Shown here piece by piece: positions 9,201 through 17,126 of a stretch of DNA of 64,000 nt. The DNA is from Ruminococcus sp. (GTDB taxonomy: Bacteria > Bacillota > Clostridia > Oscillospirales > Acutalibacteraceae), in NCBI GenBank assembly GCA_017473555.1, contig JAFUKO010000117.1:5197-69196 (forward strand). Direction: 5' to 3'. The notes beneath the pieces are model-generated. The model had not been told where the DNA came from. It made no database searches and saw only the letters and a program-made list of their open reading frames with translations. The first letter of the stretch is position 1, and each line of letters starts with the position of its first letter. The translations under genes and the position numbers were made by a program.

Positions 9201-11089
9201 CTGCAACATGTACAGAAGACGGTTACACAGGCAGAACATACTGCGAAGTATGTAGCTCAATCGTTGATTATGGCACAGTAGTTGAGGCTAAGGGCCATAA
9301 TCATAAGGTGGATATCCAAAATGCTCAGATTGCTTGTGAGTGTGGCGATACTATTAAGTCTACAGGTATTATCGAGGTTGAGGGTAAGTCTTACTATGCA
9401 ATCAACGGTAAGCTTGTTAACGGCTGGCAGTTCATCGAAACTGACTGGTACTACTTTGACAGCAAGACTTACGCATCAGTTTCTACATACAACAACGGTG
9501 TTGTAACTTATGAGTTTGAAGAAGATGGTAAGTTAAAGTCAGGCGTATGGCATAAGACTTCACGTGGTAACAGATACTACTACGGTCCTTCATATTACAA
9601 GGCAACTCAGGCTGACCTTAAGGTTGAAATTGATGGTAATACATATTACTTCGGTAAAGATGGTTACTGCTTCACAGGTAATAAGTTCGTACTTTTATCC
9701 AACCAGGCTCATTTCCAGTGGTACCAGTTTGACGAAAACGGCGTACTCCTTGGCGAGTGGGATTACACAGGTCTTGCAAAGCAGAATGGCTACACTTACT
9801 GTGTAGTTGACGGTGTATCAGGACTTGGTATGTTCTATATGGATGGTGCATATTACTACACTGCAGCTGCTAACTACTTTGCTGCTGTTACAAATATTGA
9901 GCGTAATTGTTATGTAACAAACTGTCTGCTCCCAGTTGATGACTATCGTTTCGGTGCAGACGGTAGAATGCTTGATAACACAGTATGCTGTGTTGACAAT
10001 GTACTCTACTACTATGTACTCGGTAAGGTTTCACAGGGTACAGGTACTGTTACTATCAACGGCGAAGAGTGGTCAATCGATGAAAACGGTAAGGTTGACT
10101 TTACAGGTACAATGACTGATGCAAGCGGTCAGACTCTTGACTACGTTAACGGTGAACACAAATATATCCCTAAGAACGGCGTTGTTGGTGATTACTTCTA
10201 TGTAAACGATGTTGTTCAGAAGGCTTACCAGTTAGTTGAGTTTGAGGGTAACTACTACTTCATCAATGACTATAATAAGATTGCTAGAAACGGCAAGCTC
10301 TACTTAAATGATAAGTTTGTAGCAGGTCACACATATCCAAACGGTGACCCAATGAAGCCGGGTCTTTACGAGTTTGACAAAGACGGTAAGATGGTTATTC
10401 TTAACGGCGTTGTTGGTGAGTACTACTATGTAAACGGTATCGTTCAGAAGGCATGGCAGTTAGTAGAGTTCGAGGGTGACTACTACTTCATCAACGACTA
10501 CAACAAGCTTGCTAGAAACGGTAAACTCTACTTAAGCGAGAAATATGTAAGTGGTTTCACATATCCAAACGGCGACCCAATGCAGCCTGGTCTTTACGAG
10601 TTTGATAAAGACGGTAAGATGGTTATTCTTAATGGCGTTGTTGGTGAGTACTACTATGTAAACGGCGTTGTTCAGAAGGCATGGCAGTTAATAGAGTTCG
10701 AGGGTGACTACTACTTCATCAATGACTACAACAAGCTTGCTAGAAACGGTAAACTCTACTTAAGCGAGAAGTTTGTAGCAGGTCACACATATCCAAACGG
10801 TGATCCAATGCAGCCTGGTCTTTACGAGTTTGATAAAGACGGTAAGATGATTATTCTTAATGGTGTTGTAGGTGACTACTACTATGTAAATGGCGTTGTC
10901 CAGAAGGCATGGAAGTTAATTGAGTTTGAAGGTAACTTCTACTTTATCAACGACTACAACAAGCTTGCTAAGAACGGTAAGCTCTACTTAGGCGAGAACT
11001 TTGTAAAGGGCTTTACTGATGCAAACGGTAATCCATTAAAGCCAGGTCTTTATGAATTTGCTGCAGACGGCAAGATGATTCTTAACTAA
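6203..11089 (+). CDS. Large secreted phosphodiester glycosidase (NAGPA/DUF2233-like) with Ig-like domains and C-terminal cell-wall-binding repeats
   Basis: Signal peptide MKKFLAITLAVLMLVSVLPMSAFA. NAGPA-type core (RSMIGIKADGTLVFCQVDGRN ... AVNCDGGGSSTF). Choline-binding-type GW/YYF repeats from about aa 1040, then four 76-aa tandem repeats. Strong RBS AAGGAGG. Confidence 0.8.
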   Translation: MKKFLAITLAVLMLVSVLPMSAFAASFDTSVSNDYFSVISKKEYNLAPGATETELVLNSAAGDDRKVAHIFEVDTKNDQIQVLPGYYGIENLDPDNLALDGVADKSVYWKSEQLTKTVAYYEGLGYNVVGAMNTALAYDSNAPYGYMVYNGVVLGTPEVHKGAQTYLAIDAEGNCELRLMSTPLDGSEVTAISANFGWLVKDGVLVSKSVERTTSDASRSMIGIKADGTLVFCQVDGRNAPFSTGLSNYEMGEMMLSIGCVNAVNCDGGGSSTFVSKREGEEANVMRSVPSDGSERPTINSVILVSKAVSTGEFDHAVLTTDYEYYAPGTKATMTIKGVDAAGSPAEVPAEGISWQLSDSSFGTVVDGVFTSNGTKGDVTVQMLYNGNVVGEKTISIVDPDVFALAVDETVLPYGKSMALEFACTYGADDWDVCVDGAYTVALSDDTAATMDGNTLTATTDESVKGVTVTVTYKPNTAVKDTLLVTYGKGSEVIYDFEDGTTAGFVGFDEAKQWCIDNGVNNTLVGSDPLGGQFNEQVDGYTAVSDASKGEPVRNGNHALAWKIDNTNATFGNWTYNVIFNVGETIVLRDVANGKNATTLGMWLYIPEGAAGLAFQSQLYTKSGDSYTHCQSHFTFKTKSGTVKNLNSCTEADIPESRWVYASISLTAYDYVCTPIASFEGNARTPSFIRTYIKPTVPAVHTFYIDDITLDYSSAVDDRIAPDISNVSYTTADESVALADGATINGNTIAFSATVSDNTKLDYSTGKIYVDGNELTNVTCSGKTLASEGVTLTSGAHEVAFEVKDALGNPTKVVRNITVAGDSVVTLSGHNDSGKLPEIDSVYFVDINTNVADVNKLTTVLKLQTANNWETQGAVVADGFDAKFEYSEMTNLLTVTVERNGEAVDETATTLVSIPVRLWSWNTYNHVTGEVVTPDAQFATGYCPIVTVDCDVVQGSVEYVKNVNAGYLGAFGGSISVTTNINDNVNPWHKHTATAVEDKAATCTEDGYTGRTYCEVCSSIVDYGTVVEAKGHNHKVDIQNAQIACECGDTIKSTGIIEVEGKSYYAINGKLVNGWQFIETDWYYFDSKTYASVSTYNNGVVTYEFEEDGKLKSGVWHKTSRGNRYYYGPSYYKATQADLKVEIDGNTYYFGKDGYCFTGNKFVLLSNQAHFQWYQFDENGVLLGEWDYTGLAKQNGYTYCVVDGVSGLGMFYMDGAYYYTAAANYFAAVTNIERNCYVTNCLLPVDDYRFGADGRMLDNTVCCVDNVLYYYVLGKVSQGTGTVTINGEEWSIDENGKVDFTGTMTDASGQTLDYVNGEHKYIPKNGVVGDYFYVNDVVQKAYQLVEFEGNYYFINDYNKIARNGKLYLNDKFVAGHTYPNGDPMKPGLYEFDKDGKMVILNGVVGEYYYVNGIVQKAWQLVEFEGDYYFINDYNKLARNGKLYLSEKYVSGFTYPNGDPMQPGLYEFDKDGKMVILNGVVGEYYYVNGVVQKAWQLIEFEGDYYFINDYNKLARNGKLYLSEKFVAGHTYPNGDPMQPGLYEFDKDGKMIILNGVVGDYYYVNGVVQKAWKLIEFEGNFYFINDYNKLAKNGKLYLGENFVKGFTDANGNPLKPGLYEFAADGKMILN
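10175..11086 (+). repeat. Four in-frame tandem repeats of 228 bp (76 aa) at the 3' end of the 1628-aa gene
   Basis: Repeat units start at 10175, 10403, 10631 and 10859, each beginning AA(C/T)GG(C/T)GTTGT(T/A)GGTGA. The peptide unit is NGVVGEYYYVNGVVQKAWQLVEFEGDYYFINDYNKLARNGKLYLSEKFV.G.TYPNGDPM.PGLYEFDKDGKM.IL. Confidence 0.95.
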
Positions 11090-11098
11090 AATAAAAAG

Positions 11099-11114
11099 CC
11101 CCGCTATAGCGGGG
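11099..11114. terminator. GC hairpin after the large gene; weak or partial terminator
   Basis: CCCCGC-TATA-GCGGGG stem-loop. It is preceded by an A-run and followed by only TT on the + strand, so termination is probably partial. Confidence 0.35.
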
Positions 11115-11210
11115 TTGCGGCACAGGTTTAGAGCCTCCTCGTGGCGTGCCGTGGTAACATGTGATAGCATGGCAAAGACTAAACGAAAACTTACTTCCTG
11201 CGGAGGTACT

Positions 11211-11735
11211 ATGAATAGATATAAAAGAGCGATGTTAAAACTGTACTATAAATTTCTTGGTAGATTCAGACCTGAGAAGTATAAGGAGAAATATCCTCTG
11301 TTTTTAAGACAAATCGGTATCAATATTTCAGAAAACTACTACAGTACAAAACATGGTTTTATAGCTCCGTCGGTTGTATTCGATGCGAATGACTACTCGC
11401 TGATTTCTATTGGAGATGTGACAACTATATCATCCGAGGTTGTTTTTCTGACACACGATTATTCAATATCAAAAGGGCTTAAAATGATTGACCCGAATTT
11501 AAGTGGCAGATTTTTAAGACCAATCAGCGTTGGAGCTAATTCGTTTATTGGTATGAGAACCATTCTTTTGCCTGGTACTTCAATCGGTGACAATGTTATT
11601 GTGGGTGCCGGCTCTGTTGTGAAAGGTACTTTCCCTGATAATGTTGTTATTGCCGGTAATCCTGCAAAAATATTGTGCTCAACTCAGGAATGGGCACAAC
11701 GTCATATCGAGCTTTCAGATTACGATAAAATATGA
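11211..11735 (+). CDS. Hexapeptide-repeat O-acetyltransferase (WbbJ/maltose acetyltransferase-like)
   Basis: Left-handed beta-helix repeats (VGANSFIGMRTILLPGTSIGDNVIVGAGSVVKGTFPDNVVIAGNPAKI). Start moved to the ATG at 11211, 4 nt after GGAGG (11202-11206). The track ORF start at 11115 overlaps the upstream hairpin. Confidence 0.8.
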   Translation: MNRYKRAMLKLYYKFLGRFRPEKYKEKYPLFLRQIGINISENYYSTKHGFIAPSVVFDANDYSLISIGDVTTISSEVVFLTHDYSISKGLKMIDPNLSGRFLRPISVGANSFIGMRTILLPGTSIGDNVIVGAGSVVKGTFPDNVVIAGNPAKILCSTQEWAQRHIELSDYDKI

Positions 11736-11759
11736 CGCTGTTCTGCGAGGTGAATTTAT

Positions 11760-12734
11760 ATGACAGAACCTTTGGTTAGCGTTATAGTGCCGATATATAA
11801 TGCAAAGCAGTATTTGCCTCAGTGCATAGAATCGGTGCTTAATCAGAGTTACAATAATATAGAGCTTATCCTTGTAGATGACGGCTCTACAGACAACTCG
11901 TTTGAGGTATGTAACGAGTATTGTAAAAGTGATAATAGGGTCATAGCAGTCCGTCAGGAAAACACAGGCGTATCAGGTGCGAGAAACAAGGGGATTGATT
12001 TAGCCAAGGGGGAGTACATAGCCTTTGTCGACAGCGATGATGAGCTGATGGCAGATGGAATAAAGCTTTTGGTTGAGGATGCCATAAAGTATGATGCTGA
12101 TATGGTATCGGCGGTAAAACGAATTATCAACCCTGACGGTTCTGTATATAGTCCGTATGATGACGGCAAATGTATGATATATGAAGGTGTTGAGTCGGTA
12201 GAGCTTTCGCTCGATGGAGAAAGACAGACAAACTCTGCATGTGCAAAGCTTTTTAAAAAGAGTTTTTTAGGTGACATCAGATTTGCTGAGGGTCGCAGTA
12301 TTAATGAAGACGGATTCTTCCTTTTTGAGTGCTATGTAAAACTTCCTAAGCTTGTACAGCACAACATTTGTATTTACAATTATTACGTCAGGAGTAATTC
12401 ATCTACCAGAAGCGGTTTTTCAGAAAAATATTTCGATATGCTCTACTTTTGCGATAGAAAAAGAGAGATAATCAACGAGCTGTTTCCTCAGCTCAACCAA
12501 AAAATGACTAACCAAGAGGTTACTACAAATATCTTCTTTCTAGAGGCTTTGTGTAAGACTAAGGATAAAGCGTACACAAAGTATCAGAAGGATAGTATAA
12601 AACTGATAAGAAAAAATTATAAATCTTACACTACCATGAATGAACACGAAAGGAAGATGGCACGTATTATCAGATACGGATTTTATCCTCTGTATAAAGT
12701 TGCTGTCAGATTGGTTTATTACAGGGGTTTGTAA
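11760..12734 (+). CDS. Glycosyltransferase family 2 (GT-A)
   Basis: VSVIVPIYNAKQYL ... LILVDDGSTDNS ... AFVDSDDE (DxD) motifs. Confidence 0.85.
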   Translation: MTEPLVSVIVPIYNAKQYLPQCIESVLNQSYNNIELILVDDGSTDNSFEVCNEYCKSDNRVIAVRQENTGVSGARNKGIDLAKGEYIAFVDSDDELMADGIKLLVEDAIKYDADMVSAVKRIINPDGSVYSPYDDGKCMIYEGVESVELSLDGERQTNSACAKLFKKSFLGDIRFAEGRSINEDGFFLFECYVKLPKLVQHNICIYNYYVRSNSSTRSGFSEKYFDMLYFCDRKREIINELFPQLNQKMTNQEVTTNIFFLEALCKTKDKAYTKYQKDSIKLIRKNYKSYTTMNEHERKMARIIRYGFYPLYKVAVRLVYYRGL

Positions 12735-12818
12735 GAAACGTACCAAAAACGGGTATATAGATGATATGTTAAACTGTTGGTTTATGTATCATACACTTTT
12801 TAGGCGAAGGAAAGAACA

Positions 12819-14108
12819 ATGGCGAACAGAGTGTTAAAAAATGCATCGTGGATAGTCGGTTGTAAGATTGTGCAATCGATAATTACATTCCTTATAGGAA
12901 TGTTAACAGCCAGATATCTCGGACCATCCAATTATGGTTTGATCAGCTATGCATCGTCTGTTGTTGCATTTGCTCTTCCTATAATGCAGCTTGGTTTTAA
13001 TTCCACTTTGGTTCAGGAGTTTATTGAAAAACCTGAAAAAGAGGGAAAAATCTTAGGCACATGTCTGACGCTGAATATTCTTTCTGCTATCGCCTCAATT
13101 GTCGGCGTTACATCTTTTGCCTATATTGCTAATCCCGATGAAACAGAAACCGTAATTGTTTGTTTCTTATATAGCCTTACGCTTTTGTTCCAGGCTGTAG
13201 AAATGACACAGTACTGGTTTCAGGCTAAGCTTTTATCTAAGTATCCGTCAATAGTTGCTTTAATAGCTTATGTTGTTGTAGCTGTATATAAAATATATAT
13301 TCTGGTATCCGGAAAGAGCATACGCTGGTTTGCTGTTTCTCACGTTATCGAAGTATTTGTTATTGCGATACTGCTGATTGTTTTATTTAAGAAGCTGAGC
13401 AAGCAGAAACTGTCTTTTTCGTGGGAACTCGGAAAGCAGATGTTTAATAGAAGTAAATACTATATTACTTCCAGTATTATGGTTGTTATATTTCAGCAAA
13501 CTGACAGGATAATGCTCAAGCTGATGCTTGATGAAGCACAGACAGGATACTATTCTGCGGCAATCACATGTATAGGTATCACCAGTTTTGTGTTCAGTGC
13601 GATTATTGATTCAGCAAGACCGTCAATTCTTGAAAGCAAGGTGAGCTCGAAGGATAGGTTTGAGAAGAAAACAGTGGTTTTGTTTTCTGTTATTACAGCA
13701 CTTTCTTTGGCTCAGAGTATAGGAATGACACTGCTTTCAAAGCCGATAATTCTTATAGTTTATGGAGAAGCTTTTCTACCGGCGGTACCTGTGCTGAGTT
13801 GTGCGGTGTGGTTTGTAACATTCGGTTATTACGGAATGGTCAGAAATATCTGGATTCTGGCGGAAGGCCAGCAAAAGTACCTTTGGATTATCAATCTGTG
13901 CGGTGCTGTTATGAATGTTATAGTTAATCTGATACTTATTCCATTGTATGGAGCCGTAGGAGCGGCGGTAGCATCAGTTATTACGCAGTTCTTTACAAAT
14001 TTTGTTTTGTGCTTTGTAATCAAGCCGATAAGAAAATGCGGTTATCTTATCCTTAAGTCCTTCAACCCAAAAAATTTAGTGGCGTTTGTTAAGAAAAGGG
14101 GCTTTTGA
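12819..14108 (+). CDS. wzx: Wzx-type oligosaccharide flippase (MOP superfamily)
   Basis: About 12-14 TM segments, an N-terminal pattern like KNASWIVGCKIVQSIITFL..ML.ARYLGPSNYG, and its position in the polysaccharide locus. Confidence 0.8.
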   Translation: MANRVLKNASWIVGCKIVQSIITFLIGMLTARYLGPSNYGLISYASSVVAFALPIMQLGFNSTLVQEFIEKPEKEGKILGTCLTLNILSAIASIVGVTSFAYIANPDETETVIVCFLYSLTLLFQAVEMTQYWFQAKLLSKYPSIVALIAYVVVAVYKIYILVSGKSIRWFAVSHVIEVFVIAILLIVLFKKLSKQKLSFSWELGKQMFNRSKYYITSSIMVVIFQQTDRIMLKLMLDEAQTGYYSAAITCIGITSFVFSAIIDSARPSILESKVSSKDRFEKKTVVLFSVITALSLAQSIGMTLLSKPIILIVYGEAFLPAVPVLSCAVWFVTFGYYGMVRNIWILAEGQQKYLWIINLCGAVMNVIVNLILIPLYGAVGAAVASVITQFFTNFVLCFVIKPIRKCGYLILKSFNPKNLVAFVKKRGF

Positions 14109-14145
14109 TAGTATATTGGTAAAATTTTTCAAGTAGGTGATTAAA

Positions 14146-14568
14146 ATGAAAATAAAAAATATATTAATTATGGTCATAACAATTATGATGGTGTTTATTT
14201 TAGCAGGCTGTAACAACGACTCTGACACAGCTACTCCTTCTCAGGCAACACCTGATAGTGTAGTATCACCGTGGGAAAACGGTGGCAAACAGCCTAAGGA
14301 TTATACTTATGAAGAGTTTGAAGCTTTGAGTGCTGAACAACAGTTGGAGTTTCAGGAGTCTTTTAAATCCACAGATGAATTCAACGAGTGGCTTAACAAA
14401 GCTCAGTGGGTTGCTGTAGAAGTTCCGTGGGAAAACGGTGGCAAACAACCTGAGGATTACACATGGGAAGAGTTCGAAGCATTGAGTGATGAACAGCAGA
14501 TGGCTTTTCAGAATAGTTTTGAAGACAATAAAGATTTTGAAAATTGGTATTATAAGGTAAGTCCGTAA
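14146..14568 (+). CDS. Small lipoprotein with an internal duplication
   Basis: Lipobox LAGC. There are two about 50-aa copies of WENGGKQP.DYT.EEFEALS.EQQ..FQ.SF....F..W. The ATG at 14146 lies 6 nt after AGGTGA, and the track GTG at 14137 lies inside that SD. Confidence 0.7.
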   Translation: MKIKNILIMVITIMMVFILAGCNNDSDTATPSQATPDSVVSPWENGGKQPKDYTYEEFEALSAEQQLEFQESFKSTDEFNEWLNKAQWVAVEVPWENGGKQPEDYTWEEFEALSDEQQMAFQNSFEDNKDFENWYYKVSP

Positions 14569-14639
14569 GACTGACAAATTTTACGAGTAATGTATATTGT
14601 CTTTAGCATTTTTACTAATATTTTTTATAATTATTTTTG

Positions 14640-14667
14640 TTGACTATAAAGATATTTGTGATACAAT
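14640..14667 (+). promoter_or_regulatory. Sigma-A type promoter for the wzz/kinase-LCP sub-operon
   Basis: TTGACT (14640-14645), a 16-nt spacer, then TGaTACAAT (extended -10, 14659-14667). Confidence 0.5.
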
Positions 14668-14744
14668 TATAGTGTATAGTGTTATACGTTGCGATCTCCG
14701 ACGTACCGAAGGTTTATTGGTTCAGAGATTATTAAGGGGGAACT

Positions 14745-16298
14745 ATGGAGGAGAAAATCACTAAAAATAATAAATCTGTGATAGAAATAGATATCAAAAG
14801 AATATGGCAAGCAGTGTGGAGCAGATTCTGGGTTGTATGTCTTTGTGCAATTTTGAGTGCAATAATCGCTCTTGCTGGTACAGTTTTCTTTATAACTCCA
14901 AAGTATCAGTCTTCCACTATGTTCTATGTTAATAATAATTCCGTGTCGGTGGGCGATGCATCTTTCAGCTTGACTTCATCTGACATTACGGCGGCGAAGA
15001 GTCTCGTAGATACTTATATAGTTATCCTCAAGTCCAGAGCGTGCTTAAATGATGTAATCGACTATGCCGGAGTGGATATGACCTACAACGAGCTCAAGGA
15101 TATGATTTCGGCGGCATCAGTAAACTCAACGGAAATCTTTGAGATAGTAGTCACAAGCACAGATCCTGCCGAGGCAGAGACTCTTGCTAAAGCGATTGCG
15201 TACATCCTTCCAAAGAGAATTTCCAGAATTGTTGAGGGAACGGCTGCTAATGTCGTTGACGATGCGGTGAGAGCATCGCATCCAAGCTCTCCGAGTAATG
15301 TTAAGAACACTGTTATAGGTTTTCTTATCGGATTACTTATCAGCGTGGGTATAATAGCGGTTCGTGAGATTTTTGATACAACAATTAAGACTGAAGAAGA
15401 TTTACAGCAGTGCTGTGAACATCCGATACTCGCTTCTGTTCCTGATATGATGGAAAACAGTAAATCCAGCGGTTATTATGCGTATTCAAATAGTAAACGA
15501 AGTCGTTCTACAAAGCGTGTTTCTTCTGATAGTAAAAAGGCGATTATCGGAAGAGAAATCAGCTTTGTTGCATCAGAGGCATATAAGCTGCTCAGAACAA
15601 AGTTACAGTTCTCGTTTGTCGATGAGATTACTTGCCCTGTAATCGGTGTTTCGAGTGCGATGGCAGGCGAAGGTAAGAGCTTAACATCTATTAATCTTGC
15701 GTACTCACTTTCACAGCTTGATAAGAGAGTGCTTTTGGTTGATTGTGATATGAGACGTCCTTCGTTGTCAACAAAGCTTATTATCAATAAATCACCTGGT
15801 CTTTCAAACTACCTGACAGGGCACAGTGACATTAGCTCCATTATTCAGGTTTGCTCCTTGGATGATGAGAAAAGCTTTAATGTAGTGGCATCAGGAGACA
15901 ACCCTCCTAACCCGATTGAGCTTTTGAGTAGCTCAAAAATGGCTAAGATGCTCCAGAACTTGAAAGATGTTTACGACTATATTATTTTAGACCTTCCTCC
16001 TGTAGGCGAGGTTAGTGATGCGATGGTAGCAGCTAAGCACACTGATGGTATCCTGCTTGTAGTAAGACAGGATTACTGTAGCTCAGTTGTTCTTTCAAAT
16101 GCTATTTCACAGTTTGAGTTTATCGAAAGCCGTATCCTCGGCGTAGTTCTCAACTGTGTTGGTGAGAGTACAGGTAAGTATTCACGGTATGGTAAGGGAT
16201 ACTATTCAAAGTATTCTAAATACAGCAAGTCGTACGCATCTGCTTATGCAAGAGCGAACAAAAGAGTAAACGAAGACAGTAGACGTCGTAAAGGTTAA
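14745..16298 (+). CDS. Fused Wzz/CpsC chain-length regulator and CpsD-like BY tyrosine autokinase
   Basis: The N-terminal Wzz module has two TM segments. The C-terminal P-loop kinase shows SSAMAGEGKS (Walker A), LLVDCDMRRP (Walker A') and ILDLPP (Walker B). There is a Tyr-rich tail YSRYGKGYYSKYSKYSKSYASAYA. Confidence 0.85.
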   Translation: MEEKITKNNKSVIEIDIKRIWQAVWSRFWVVCLCAILSAIIALAGTVFFITPKYQSSTMFYVNNNSVSVGDASFSLTSSDITAAKSLVDTYIVILKSRACLNDVIDYAGVDMTYNELKDMISAASVNSTEIFEIVVTSTDPAEAETLAKAIAYILPKRISRIVEGTAANVVDDAVRASHPSSPSNVKNTVIGFLIGLLISVGIIAVREIFDTTIKTEEDLQQCCEHPILASVPDMMENSKSSGYYAYSNSKRSRSTKRVSSDSKKAIIGREISFVASEAYKLLRTKLQFSFVDEITCPVIGVSSAMAGEGKSLTSINLAYSLSQLDKRVLLVDCDMRRPSLSTKLIINKSPGLSNYLTGHSDISSIIQVCSLDDEKSFNVVASGDNPPNPIELLSSSKMAKMLQNLKDVYDYIILDLPPVGEVSDAMVAAKHTDGILLVVRQDYCSSVVLSNAISQFEFIESRILGVVLNCVGESTGKYSRYGKGYYSKYSKYSKSYASAYARANKRVNEDSRRRKG

Positions 16299-16361
16299 AA
16301 ATCCTCTGGACGTGTGATATAAGCATTTATTTTATCTATAATAATATTGGAGATGATTAAT

Positions 16362-17126
16362 ATGAAAAAAGTATTATCTTTAGTAATGGCATTTGTTTTG
16401 GCACTCACAATAACTATCAGTGCTACAGCAGCAACATTTGTTCCAAGTATCGAGAACAAAGGCGCTCCTGAACTTATTATCCTTGACGAAACTGATGAAG
16501 GTTTTGTTGTAGGCTATATTACTGACAAAAATGGTGATAAGCTCACAACAGAGTATCTTGAATGTTTCATTATCACATCTATCACTGAGGCGCTTGATAA
16601 GAATTCTGACGTTCCTGATAGCATCAGAAATCAGCTTGTTGACCAGTACAACAAGATTTGTGAGGATTCAACAAAACTTTCAGAGCTTTGTCCTGAACTT
16701 GATGAGATTGTAAAAAACAAATGGGGCAAGGATAAGTCTGTAGATGACCTTGTTATCAAGGATTTCTTTGATATCTCAGGTGAATGCGACGAACTTGAGA
16801 AGCATCTTTCTGAGGATGGCTCAACTCTTGAGCTTACATTCAAAGTAGGCGTTGCGGGCGATACATTTATTACTGCTATGGTTTACGTTGATGGTAAGTG
16901 GCAGCCTGTTGTAGATACTATCAACAACGGTGACGGTACAGTTACAGTTAAGTTCTCAAAGATTTGTCCGGTTGCTTTCTTAGTACCTGGTACAGGTGAG
17001 AATTCAAGTGTTGTTTCTCCAATTACTGCTGATACATCAAGTGTATTTGTATGGAGCGGTATTATGGTGCTTTCACTTGTTGCTATTGTAGCTTTAGTTA
17101 TCTATCGTCGTAAAGTTAATGGCTAA
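16362..17126 (+). CDS. Secreted, C-terminally membrane-anchored protein of unknown function
   Basis: Signal peptide MKKVLSLVMAFVLALTITISATA. The C-terminal hydrophobic segment plus RRK tail resembles a sorting-signal layout but lacks LPxTG. The ATG at 16362 lies 9 nt after GGAG. Confidence 0.6.
   Translation: MKKVLSLVMAFVLALTITISATAATFVPSIENKGAPELIILDETDEGFVVGYITDKNGDKLTTEYLECFIITSITEALDKNSDVPDSIRNQLVDQYNKICEDSTKLSELCPELDEIVKNKWGKDKSVDDLVIKDFFDISGECDELEKHLSEDGSTLELTFKVGVAGDTFITAMVYVDGKWQPVVDTINNGDGTVTVKFSKICPVAFLVPGTGENSSVVSPITADTSSVFVWSGIMVLSLVAIVALVIYRRKVNG

Noticed and set aside
6679-9806. Several 65-92-aa ORFs, antisense or out of frame, inside the 1628-aa gene (for example 6679-6888, 7177-7455, 8939-9175, 9282-9506, 9564-9806).
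   Set aside because: They lie wholly within a long ORF with clear domain content, lack RBSs, and have low-complexity translations typical of shadow frames. The same reasoning applies to the other short overlapping ORFs inside annotated genes throughout the window.
10175-11086. Regularly spaced repeats were checked as a possible CRISPR array.
   Set aside because: The period is 228 bp with no unique spacers, the repeats are in frame within a coding sequence, and no cas genes are present.
11115-11210. An N-terminal extension of the acetyltransferase ORF (MRHRFRASSWRAVV...).
   Set aside because: It starts inside the upstream hairpin and is Arg/Ser-rich junk. A proper GGAGG-ATG pair occurs at 11202-11213.
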